A stretch of 64,000 bases of DNA, taken from Anaerolineae bacterium (lineage in GTDB: Bacteria; Chloroflexota; Anaerolineae; Aggregatilineales; JAFGMM01). A model generated the notes under the pieces. It searched no databases, was not told where the DNA came from, and saw nothing but the letters and a program-made list of their open reading frames with translations. The stretch is from positions 584,893 through 648,892 of the forward strand of contig JAOSJO010000022.1 in NCBI GenBank assembly GCA_027494055.1. The letters are read 5' to 3'. The translations under genes and the position numbers were made by a program. The stretch's first letter is position 1. Every line of letters begins with the position of its first letter. Positions 20,593-29,092 of the stretch are shown one piece after another.

Positions 20593-20845
20593 ACCTGGCG
20601 GCCCGCCCGTGCCGCATCCGCCGCGCGTAAGTAAGAAGGGCCGCGCGCGGCGCGTCTGTGTGGGTGAGCGCAGGGGCGCGCCGCACTGCACTCTGGTGGT
20701 GAGAAATCCGAAACGCCGCCGCGCGCGTAAGTATAAGTAACAGGGCCGGCGGGCGGGACGTGTGCGGTAAGGGCGATTGCCGCCGGGCCGGTTGCGCATA
20801 GAATACAGGTATCGTGACAGGAAGCATCGTAAAGGACCTGCGGCC

Positions 20846-21364
20846 ATGGAGACACAGAACGCACTTGCAAACCGACACCACGACATCGAACCGGGACCTG
20901 GTCAGGAGTCTGTGTGGGATTATCCGCGCCCGCCGCGCGTGGAGCCGACCGCGAAGCGGCTCCGCGTGATCTTCAACGGGCAGGTCATCGCCGACACGAC
21001 GCACGCGTATCGCGTGCTGGAGACCAGCCACCCACCGACGTACTACTTCCCGCCGGAGGACGTGCGCACGGAATACCTGGAGCGCACGGCGCGGCGCACC
21101 GTGTGCGAGTACAAGGGCGGGGCCTCGTATTGGACGGTCCGCGTGGGCGACCGGGCCGCCGAGAACGCGGTGTGGGCCTACCTCAACCCGACGGCGGCTT
21201 TCCAGGCGATTGCCGGATACTTTGCGTTCTATCCCCATCCCATGGACGCCTGCTACGTGGACGATGAGCAGGTCGTCGCGCAGCGCGGCGACTTCTACGG
21301 CGGGTGGATCACGTCCGACGTTGTCGGCCCGTTCAAGGGCGCGCCCGGCTCGCGCGGCTGGTGA
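20846..21364 (+). CDS. DUF427 domain protein
   Basis: ..RLRVIFNGQVIADTTHAYRVLETSHPPTYYFPPEDV..CEYKGGASYW.. matches the DUF427 family pattern. Confidence 0.75.
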   Translation: METQNALANRHHDIEPGPGQESVWDYPRPPRVEPTAKRLRVIFNGQVIADTTHAYRVLETSHPPTYYFPPEDVRTEYLERTARRTVCEYKGGASYWTVRVGDRAAENAVWAYLNPTAAFQAIAGYFAFYPHPMDACYVDDEQVVAQRGDFYGGWITSDVVGPFKGAPGSRGW

Positions 21365-21404
21365 GTCGTTTGTTTCTCTCCTGACCCCTCGGTTGAGACC
21401 CTGA

Positions 21405-21430
21405 GGACAAGGGGCTTAAGCCCCTTGTCC
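21405..21430. repeat. Perfect 26-nt palindrome with a GGGCTTAAGCCC core
   Basis: GGACAAGGGGCTT|AAGCCCCTTGTCC. A sister palindrome with the same core sits at 41876-41899. Confidence 0.8.
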
Positions 21431-21574
21431 AGCCTCTAGTGCTCTCTCATAAAGCTGTTTTGCTATCCTACTGACCCCCCATGCGTCCCGGTGGCGCGTG
21501 AGGGCTATTTGTTTCTAAACCACAGATAGCATGACAAAGTCCGGGAACAGAGAGGCGCGACCAGAGAGTCGTAA

Positions 21575-21640
21575 CACGAAAGCACGAAAGACACGATGTC
21601 ACGAAAAGGTTGGGCGCGTGTTTCGCGCCTTTCGTGTCTC
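21575..21640 (+). promoter_or_regulatory. Array of CACGAAAG direct repeats plus an inverted copy, upstream of the sensor kinase operon
   Basis: CACGAAAG at 21575 and 21583, degenerate CACGATG at 21592, CACGAAAAG at 21600, and the inverted CTTTCGTG at 21629. The last two enclose a GGCGCG/CGCGCC hairpin. Confidence 0.4.
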
Positions 21641-21688
21641 CAATCTGCGCTGCCCCGGATTGTCATGCAACGCCAGCCACAACCTCGC

Positions 21689-21717
21689 TTGAGCCAGAAC
21701 CCCCGCTGGCATATAAT
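21689..21717 (+). promoter_or_regulatory. Sigma70-like promoter upstream of the sensor kinase
   Basis: TTGAGC (21689-21694), a 17-nt spacer, then TATAAT (21712-21717). Confidence 0.5.
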
Positions 21718-21761
21718 AGACTTGCTCGTATACGCATGATGGGGATCACGGGGACGAGGCG

Positions 21762-24389
21762 GTGCCTGCGGATCTCATTCACCATGTCCTGGTCGTAGAC
21801 AGCGACCCAGAAGTGGCGGCGCTCGCCGTGTCCACGCTGACGGGCGCGGGCTACCAGGTCAAGACGGTCGTAAGCGGCCAGCGCGCGTTGGAGGCGCTGA
21901 GCGCGAACAACTTTCAGATCGTCCTGGCCGATATTGGCGTCCTGATGCCAGACGGCCAACCGCTGCTGCGCGCCATCCGCGAGCACGCGCGCCTTGCCGA
22001 TACGCCCGTTCTGGCCCTGATCGGCGCGCAGCCCATCGAGCGCCACCTCCTGACCGACGAACCCCGCGCCGACGACTACCTGAGCAAGCCCTTCCAGCCG
22101 CGCGAGTTGCTGCGCCGCGTCGCCAACACGCTCGACCTGCACCGCATCCGCCAATCCGTCGTCGCCGAGCGCGAGGTGCACCAGCGCCTCAGCCGCCAAC
22201 TGGTCGAACTCAACACGCTCTCGGCCATCGGCCAGTCACTCGCCTCCGAGCTGGACCTGGATAAGCTGCTCACCCGCGTTGCGGAGGCCGCCGCGAGCCT
22301 CACCCACGCCGAGGAGAGCCTGTTGCTGCTGTGGGACGAAGAGACGCGCGAACTCTACATGCGCGCGCAGAAGGGCGTGGACAGCCGGACCGCCGAGAGC
22401 TTCCGCATCAAGTCCGCCGACTCGCAGGCGTTCCGCGTGTTCGAAAGCGGCGCGCCGCTCCTGATCGACTCGCAGGCGGGCTGGCAGAAGATCAAGACCG
22501 AGTACCTGGTCAAGTCGATGCTCTACGTCCCGCTGTCCATCCAGGGGCAGAACATCGGCGTGCTCGGCGTCAACAACCGCATCTCCGACCGCAACTTCAC
22601 GACCCACGACATGGACCTGCTGATGGCGCTGGCCGGCCACGCGGCGATTGCCATCTACAACGCCCGCCTCTACCGCGAGAGCGAGGAGCGCCGCCGCGAA
22701 CTGGGCACGCTCATCGAGATCGGGCGCGCGGTCAGTTCCACGCTCGCCCTCGACCAGGTGCTGGAGACGATCACGGCCCAGGTGATGCGCATCTTCAACG
22801 CCGGCTGGTGCTTCATCTTCAACTGGGACAGCGGCGACGCGCTGCACGCGCTCGCTGAGAAGCGCCAGGCGGTCTGGCATCCTGATCTCGCCCCCGCCTG
22901 GACCCCACCGCGTTCCCGGCGTTGCAGGGGGACGCTGCGCCACGCGCGCTGGCACGCCGTGCGCGCCGACGACACGGAGGCCGACCCTGCTGACGTCGAG
23001 CGCGTGCGCGATCAGGGTGTGGCGTCCTGCCTGTACCTGCCGCTGCGCACCGGCAGCGGCGTGGTCGGCGTGGTGGAGTTTCGCTACCACGAGCGCGCCG
23101 GTGCGTTTCACGCCGACGCGGTGCACCGGCTCCAGAACCAGGCGCTTCCCATCGCCTTTCTCATTGCCGAGGGCAACTACACGCGCCGGGCTGACGAGTT
23201 GCTCCGGCTCACCGGCGAGTTGATGCGCGCCGCCGAGGCCGACTGGTGCAGCGTGCGCCGCTGGGACGAGGCGCTGGCGCATTTGGTCTACGTGTGCGCG
23301 CTGGGGAGCGCGGTCTGGCCCGATGCGCCGCCCCAGGCGCTCGACCTGCGCCAGGCCCCTGCGCTTGCCGAGGCTCTGACCGGACAGACGCCCATCAGCG
23401 CCACCGTCCGCGACGCCGCGCCCAACGTGGCGGCGGCTTCCCTCCTCAAGCACACGGGCGGCCAGGCGCTTCTCGGCGTCCCGTTGGTGATTAAGGGCCG
23501 CACCGCCGGGATGCTGCTCCTCATCGACACGCTGTACTCGCGGCAATTCAGCCGCCGCGAGGAGATGCTGGCGCGCGGCATCGCCGACCAGGCGGCGCTC
23601 GCCATCGAGAACGCGCGCCTGTTCCGCGAACTCGAACGCAGCATGGCCGACCTGCGCCAGGCGCAGAGCAGCCTGGTGATCGCCGCGCGGCTCTCCGCGA
23701 TGGGCGAACTCGCCGCCGCCGTCGCGCACCAGATCAACAACCCGCTCACCACTGTGCTCGGCGACGCCGAATTGCTGCTGCACGACCTGCCGCGAGACAA
23801 CCCCAGCTACGAGAGCGCCGCCGCCATCTACCGGGCGGGCCAGCGCGCGCACGAGGTGGTGCGCCGCCTGCTGGGCATGGCGCGGAACGAAAGCGACGAG
23901 GGCGCAAAACCCACCGACGTCAACGCCACGATCCGCAACGTGCTCGCCCTCGCCGAGCGCCACATCGCGCGCAGTGGGGTGGCGCTGCGCGTCACGCTGG
24001 CCGACTCGTTGCCGCCCGTGGACGCCGTCCCCAACCAGCTTGAGGATGTCTGGCTCAACCTGCTGCTCAACGCGCGCGACGCGGTCAGCGAGAACCAGGG
24101 CGAGATCGGCATCGAGTCGCGCCTGCTGGCGGGCGGCGGGAAGCAGGCCGTTGTAGTCGCCGTGTGGGACAACGGCGCTGGCGTCGCGCCCGAAGACCAA
24201 GAGCGCATCTTCGACCCGTTCTTCACCACCAAGGCGGCTGGCGAGGGTACGGGACTCGGGTTATACATCTGTCGCCAGGTTGTTGACCGGAGCCACGGCA
24301 AAATCCGCGTTGAGAGCGCGCCGGGGCAGGGCAGCCGGTTTACGGTTACGCTGCCCGTGAGCGCGCGTTGGGAATGGACGAGTCCATGA
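21762..24389 (+). CDS. Hybrid sensor histidine kinase (N-terminal receiver, multiple GAF domains, HisKA, HATPase_c); two compensating frame breaks near 22891 and 22929
   Basis: Receiver-like N-terminus (VLVVDSDPE..LADIGVLMPDG..SKPF), GAF-like repeats, H-box ELAAAVAHQINNPLT, N/G boxes (NLLLNARDA, GTGLGLYICR). The stretch HPDLAPAWTPPRSRRCRG reads better as ..RLDPTAFPALQG in the alternate frame. Confidence 0.85.
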   Translation: MPADLIHHVLVVDSDPEVAALAVSTLTGAGYQVKTVVSGQRALEALSANNFQIVLADIGVLMPDGQPLLRAIREHARLADTPVLALIGAQPIERHLLTDEPRADDYLSKPFQPRELLRRVANTLDLHRIRQSVVAEREVHQRLSRQLVELNTLSAIGQSLASELDLDKLLTRVAEAAASLTHAEESLLLLWDEETRELYMRAQKGVDSRTAESFRIKSADSQAFRVFESGAPLLIDSQAGWQKIKTEYLVKSMLYVPLSIQGQNIGVLGVNNRISDRNFTTHDMDLLMALAGHAAIAIYNARLYRESEERRRELGTLIEIGRAVSSTLALDQVLETITAQVMRIFNAGWCFIFNWDSGDALHALAEKRQAVWHPDLAPAWTPPRSRRCRGTLRHARWHAVRADDTEADPADVERVRDQGVASCLYLPLRTGSGVVGVVEFRYHERAGAFHADAVHRLQNQALPIAFLIAEGNYTRRADELLRLTGELMRAAEADWCSVRRWDEALAHLVYVCALGSAVWPDAPPQALDLRQAPALAEALTGQTPISATVRDAAPNVAAASLLKHTGGQALLGVPLVIKGRTAGMLLLIDTLYSRQFSRREEMLARGIADQAALAIENARLFRELERSMADLRQAQSSLVIAARLSAMGELAAAVAHQINNPLTTVLGDAELLLHDLPRDNPSYESAAAIYRAGQRAHEVVRRLLGMARNESDEGAKPTDVNATIRNVLALAERHIARSGVALRVTLADSLPPVDAVPNQLEDVWLNLLLNARDAVSENQGEIGIESRLLAGGGKQAVVVAVWDNGAGVAPEDQERIFDPFFTTKAAGEGTGLGLYICRQVVDRSHGKIRVESAPGQGSRFTVTLPVSARWEWTSP

Positions 24390-25083
24390 GCTACATTCTC
24401 GCCACCGATGACGATCTCGAAGTGCTGGGCACGCTGCTGCGCGCCCTGCACCGCCAGGGCTACGAGGTCGAGCAGGCGCACGATGGCCGCGAGTGCCTGG
24501 AAGCCATCGCCAGGCGCACGCCCGACCTGCTCATCCTCGATATCATGATGCCCGGCGTCGATGGGCTGACGGTGTGCCGCAAGCTGCGCGCCGACCCTCA
24601 GTACGCCGACATGCCCATCCTCTTTCTGACCGCGAAGGGCAGCACGGAGGAAGTCGTCGCCGGCCTCGACGTGGGCGGCGACGACTACGTCACCAAGCCC
24701 TTCGAACTGGCCGAACTCAACGCGCGCGTGCGCGCGCTGCTGCGCCGGAAGCAGCAGGACGAGGAGCCGGAGTACGAGCAGATCATCGAGGTTGGCCGGC
24801 TCAAGCTGGATTCGGGCACCTACCGCGTGACCATCGACGGCGACCGCGAGGTCCAGCTCACCGCCACCGAACACCGCCTGCTGCGCCACTTGATGGAAAA
24901 CGCCAACCAGGCCGTCTCGCCGCAGCGCCTGCTACAGGACGTGTGGGATTACCCGCCCGACACGGGCGACCCGGACCTGGTGCGCGCCCACGTGCGCAAC
25001 CTGCGCGCCAAGATCGAGGAGGCAGGCGACGGCCCTCCGTGATCCGCACCATCCACGGCGTGGGCTACATGGTCTTCAGTTGA
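24386..25083 (+). CDS. OmpR/PhoB-family response regulator with a frame break near 25034
   Basis: Receiver (ILATDDD..LLILDIMMPGVDG..TAKG..DDYVTKPF) plus a winged helix (LTATEHRLLRHL). The C-terminal VIRTIHGVGYMVFS lies in the frame of track ORF 24493-25083. The start overlaps the kinase stop (ATGA). Confidence 0.85.
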
Positions 25084-25188
25084 GAAGCCCCGCGCCCGTG
25101 CCCTGGGCGCGCGCGACGCGCTTCGCCTCGCCGCCTGTCTGAGCCGCCCTTCCCGTTGCCATCCCCGCCGCATCGGCCATATCCCTGC

Positions 25189-28100
25189 TCAGTCGTGCGC
25201 GACACGGTCTAGCTCGACGACGGTCGTTTCCCCGCGCCGCACCGTGACCGTCGCCACCTGTTCGCCTTCCTGCCAGATGTCATACACGCCGCTGCGGAGG
25301 CCGAAGGTCGCGTCGCCAAAGCCGAACTGCACCTCCCAGTCCGTGCTGCCCGCCGGGTAGATGCCGTACCGCACCCCGCCGGGGTTGTGCACCTCCAGCA
25401 AGCCGGTGTCCAGTTCCACCACTGTGGTTTGCCCGCGCTGGATCGTGACCGTGTCCGCCAACTCCCCCTGCTGCCAGATGTCGTATACGCCGCTGCGGAG
25501 GCCGAAGGTCGCGTCGCCAAAGCCGAACTGCACCTCCCAGTCCGTGCTGCCCGCCGGGTAGATGCCGTAGCGCACCCCGCCGGGGTTGCGCACCTCCAAA
25601 AGGCCTGTGTCCAGTTCCACCACTGTGGTTTGCCCGCGCTGGATCGTCACCGTGTCCACCAACGCGCGCTGCTGCCAGATGTCGTACACGCCGCTGCGGA
25701 GGCCGAAGGTCGCGTCGCCAAAGCCGAACTGCACCTCCCAGTCCGTGCTGCCCGCCGGGTAGATACCGTACCGCACCCCGCCGGGGTTATGCACCTCCAG
25801 CAAGCCGGTGCCCAATTCCACCACTGCCGTTTGCCCGCGCTGGATCGTGACCGTGTCCGCCAACTCCCCCTGCTGCCAGATGTCGTACACGCCGCTGCGG
25901 AGGCCGAAGGTTCCGTCGCCAAAGCCGAACTGCACCTCCCAGTCCGTGCTGCCCGCCGGGTAGATGCCGTAGCGCACCCCGCCGGGGTTATGCACCTCCA
26001 GCAGGCCGGTGTCCAGCTCCACCGTCTTGACCTGGTCGCGATAGATCGACACCGTCGCTGCCAGCTCGCGCTGCTGCCAGATATCGTAGGCGCCCGTCAC
26101 AAGGCCGAAGGTCGCGTCGCCAAAGCCGAACTGCACCTCCCAGTCCGTGCTGCCCGCCGGGTAGATGCCGTACCGCACCCCGCCGGGGTTGCGCACCTCC
26201 AGCAGCCCCGTATCGAGTTGGAGGGTGGTCTGCTGGCCCGCCTCGACCTCCGCCTCGCCCACCACCGCGCTCTGGCTCCAGACTTCGTACGCTCCGCTGT
26301 CCAGCTCGAAGCGCGCATCCCCAAAGCCGAGGTTGATCTCCGCATCGCTGCCAGGGACGTAGACGCCGTAACGCGCGCCGCCAGGGTTCAGGACGTAGAG
26401 CACGCCCTTGCCCGCCGCCGGTGGCGGGTCGGCGGGGCTGACATCGACGATGACGTAGCCGGTTTCGCCGCCCGTGTCGCTGGCGAGGGGGCCGGCCAGC
26501 CCCAGCGAGAAGGCGACGCCATCGACCACCGTTTGGGCCGGCGGCCACCACTTGCCACTGATCGCGCCCGCGCACGCATGTTGTCCGGGCAGGATCGCCA
26601 TGTCCGTCTGCGCCGCGCCGCCGCAGAAGCGTTCGTCGGTCCACACGGCGGAGTAGGGGTACAGGCCGGTCAGAATCGCGCTGTTCGACCCGGCGACCGC
26701 GTCGAAGTTCTGGAGGTGGCGCTCGCCGACGTTGTGCTCTTCAGGCGTGGGTACATACAGCCAATCGGCGCGGTCCTTGCTGTCGCACTTCTCGAAGACG
26801 ATGTCGCAAGGGGTCGGGAGCGCGCCAAGCTTGATCTTCTCTGTGTAGCCCTCGCACTGGCCCTTGCTGATGTACATCGCGTGTTTGGAGGACGACACGT
26901 AGATGACCGGGTGCGGGTGGTCCGCGTCGGGGCCGCCGGACCTGAGTTCAACCGCCTCAACCGGGTCATCGCTGCCGCCCGATGCAAACTGAAAGTCCAC
27001 AAGGTCGGCGCGCTCGTAAATCTCCCAGGCATCGAAATGCCGCTTCATCAGGATGGCGTCGATGCGCCAGTCGGCGTCCACGCCCGCAGCCGGGTCGTCG
27101 GCGGCCACGAAGATGCGCAGCGCCTCGCTGTCCCCGGCATGGGCGGCATACCACGCTGCCAGACCTGACATCTCAACGGTCTGGGCGAGGATATAGGACG
27201 CGCCGGGAATGAAGAGGCCCGTGGTTGCGAAAACCGCTGTGTCCACGACCACTTCGCAGGACAGTATGTTCTCGACGCCGTCGATGTCCAGGCGTTGCGG
27301 GCCTTCGTCGCGTGGATAGAGCATGACGATGGTAATCATTGCGCCCTGCGTACCGCTCTCCCGCACCACCGGCGCAACCTGATACACCGCCGCCACCTCG
27401 TCAGGGATGCTGACAGGCTCGTCCTCGTCGAAGATCAGCAGCGGCTTGAACCGGTTGACAAGATGCGTCTCAAGCGCGTCGGAGAGGCCATCGCAGTCGC
27501 TGTCTTCGATGCTGCTGGCGCAAGTGTGTTCGCCGTTGGCGACCACCAGCTCGATTTCGATCTCGTCACCGCCGCCAAAGCCCCGGTTCGCCAGGTTCTG
27601 TGTGAGGGTGCGCGATTCCTGGGGCGGCACCGCGACCGCGGCGATGTCCACCTCGTCTTCCAGGTCGCCGGTGTTGCAGCTCATGCCCTCAAGCAGCCTG
27701 GCGCGCCCGCCAGCGACAACCGTGACGTTGTCCGGCGCAAGCTGAACGGTCAGCGTGAGCTGCCCGACCACCTCTCCCCCCTCGCAGTGCTCAATCTCGA
27801 AGGTCGCCTCGCGGTTCTGCGGGGAGAGAATCACGTCCCTGTAGATGGGGTAGGTGCCCGTCTCATCCCACGTAATCTCGTCGTCCTTGATCCACATCGA
27901 GCCGGAAACCGTGACCGCGCGCATGAAGGAAGTCTCGCCGCCCGTCGCCGGCGGCAGGGCCTCGTTGGTGATGGTCAGGTTGATCTTGACCTCGTCGCCG
28001 CCGCCAAAGCCTTCGTTCTTCAGCGCGACCGCAAGCTCGATGCCGCTCCCTGGGCCGACGTTGAAAGCGGCGATGGCCGCGCTATCCTCCAGGTCGTCGG

Positions 28101-28485
28101 TGCCGCAGTCGGCGCCTTCATACAGCCGCGCGACGCCAGCGCCGGCAACGGTCTCGTTGTCCGGCTGGAGGTGGAACATCAGCGAAAGCTCTCCCACCAC
28201 CTCCCCGCCCTCACACGCTTCGAATTCGAAGGTGTACTGGGGGAAGGCGGGGCTGAGGATGAACTGCTTCTCCACCGGGAAGGTCTCGGTCTCGTCGAAG
28301 GTAAGCTCATCGTCTTTGATCCACATCGTGCCGGAAATGGTGACAAGGCGCATGGGGACGCCGTCGTCCTCCGCAAGGCCCTCCGCCACAGCGGCAGGCG
28401 GGGCCGGTACTGCAAGGCACAGCACAGCGCCGGTCACCAGAAACAGCGCGATCACGCGGCTCGACCATCCCGATCTGAAGAACAT
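25189..28485 (-). CDS. Large secreted multidomain protein: signal peptide, 2 copies of an unassigned ~155-aa domain, a Vps62-like domain, and 6 tandem 67-aa repeats
   Basis: Intact 1098-aa ORF with N-terminal hydrophobic leader (VIALFLVTGAVLCLAVPAPPAAVA). The duplicated domain appears as VTISGTMWIKDDELTFDETETFP..CEGGEVVGELSL.. and VTVSGSMWIKDDEITWDETGTYP..CEGGEVVGQLTL... The motifs RFKPLLIFDEDEP.., HAGDSEALRIFV and HPHPVIYVSSSKHAMY follow the Vps62/DUF946 pattern. The C-terminal repeats start LDTGLLEV(H/R)NPGGVRYGIYPAGSTDWEVQFGFGD.. Confidence 0.85.
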   Translation of the reverse strand: MFFRSGWSSRVIALFLVTGAVLCLAVPAPPAAVAEGLAEDDGVPMRLVTISGTMWIKDDELTFDETETFPVEKQFILSPAFPQYTFEFEACEGGEVVGELSLMFHLQPDNETVAGAGVARLYEGADCGTDDLEDSAAIAAFNVGPGSGIELAVALKNEGFGGGDEVKINLTITNEALPPATGGETSFMRAVTVSGSMWIKDDEITWDETGTYPIYRDVILSPQNREATFEIEHCEGGEVVGQLTLTVQLAPDNVTVVAGGRARLLEGMSCNTGDLEDEVDIAAVAVPPQESRTLTQNLANRGFGGGDEIEIELVVANGEHTCASSIEDSDCDGLSDALETHLVNRFKPLLIFDEDEPVSIPDEVAAVYQVAPVVRESGTQGAMITIVMLYPRDEGPQRLDIDGVENILSCEVVVDTAVFATTGLFIPGASYILAQTVEMSGLAAWYAAHAGDSEALRIFVAADDPAAGVDADWRIDAILMKRHFDAWEIYERADLVDFQFASGGSDDPVEAVELRSGGPDADHPHPVIYVSSSKHAMYISKGQCEGYTEKIKLGALPTPCDIVFEKCDSKDRADWLYVPTPEEHNVGERHLQNFDAVAGSNSAILTGLYPYSAVWTDERFCGGAAQTDMAILPGQHACAGAISGKWWPPAQTVVDGVAFSLGLAGPLASDTGGETGYVIVDVSPADPPPAAGKGVLYVLNPGGARYGVYVPGSDAEINLGFGDARFELDSGAYEVWSQSAVVGEAEVEAGQQTTLQLDTGLLEVRNPGGVRYGIYPAGSTDWEVQFGFGDATFGLVTGAYDIWQQRELAATVSIYRDQVKTVELDTGLLEVHNPGGVRYGIYPAGSTDWEVQFGFGDGTFGLRSGVYDIWQQGELADTVTIQRGQTAVVELGTGLLEVHNPGGVRYGIYPAGSTDWEVQFGFGDATFGLRSGVYDIWQQRALVDTVTIQRGQTTVVELDTGLLEVRNPGGVRYGIYPAGSTDWEVQFGFGDATFGLRSGVYDIWQQGELADTVTIQRGQTTVVELDTGLLEVHNPGGVRYGIYPAGSTDWEVQFGFGDATFGLRSGVYDIWQEGEQVATVTVRRGETTVVELDRVAHD
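25213..26418 (-). repeat. Tandem array of six 201-bp coding repeats (five near-identical, the sixth divergent)
   Basis: Unit boundaries at 25213, 25414, 25615, 25816, 26017 and 26218. Units 25213-26217 differ at only a few positions per unit when read side by side. Confidence 0.9.
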
Positions 28486-29092
28486 CAGAGACCTCCATCT
28501 GTCGAGGAAACTTTGAGGAAGCGAGGCGTTCCGCCTTTTCGACGGACCGGTGCGCTGACCTCAGTCACGGCGCAAGAGAGGCCAAAGTGCAGGCATCCTC
28601 AGTATAACAGCGCCGACGCGCCTGTTTCATGAAAGCCATGTGAAAAGCGGCACAAAACGCACCCAGCCGCAGGGACATTGCGCGCGGACGCACACTCGCC
28701 TAAAATAACTTTAAGAGAGGCAAGAGCCGCCCAGGAGCCTGGCAAGCGACGGACGGCATGGTTGCGGGCGCACGCATTTCACTGTCACCCCGCCAACGCG
28801 CCGATTTTCCGCCGGCAATGCGCCCGCCTGCTGGCCGAAGCGCCGCCGACAGCGAGGCGCGCCCGTGCCCTGTCGGCTTCTCGAAGCCATCCAGATAGCT
28901 CCCGATAGCGTCTCTGTTGTCACGGCGCGGGTGTGAGGCTGCCAGACGCGGCGCGACTCAATCGGCTGGCGGGGCGCGGGACGATGTGCGCACCGCATCA
29001 TGCGCCAGACTCCCCGCAGCGGGGGCAAACGCCGCCAGGCTGCGCCACGGTGGGGGTTGAACTTGTGTCTCAGCAACCTGAAGGGGGCGAAA

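Noticed and set aside
20618-20751. Two AT-containing direct repeats (CGCGCGTAAGTA..AGGGCCG) upstream of the DUF427 gene
   Set aside because: There are only two imperfect copies about 100 nt apart, with no dyad symmetry or recognisable promoter relationship. That is too little to support an operator or RNA element call.
10011-24200. Other long antisense ORFs (10011-12074, 16556-18730, 19561-20886 and 22236-24200, all minus strand)
   Set aside because: Each overlaps a plus-strand gene with clear family motifs (aminotransferase/serA, ABC components, sensor kinase). Their own translations are Arg/Ala/Gly-rich and motif-free.
25213-26418. Tandem repeats considered as a CRISPR array or non-coding satellite
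   Set aside because: The units are 201 bp and contiguous, with no unique spacers. They lie in frame inside a 1098-codon ORF and encode a conserved 67-aa module.
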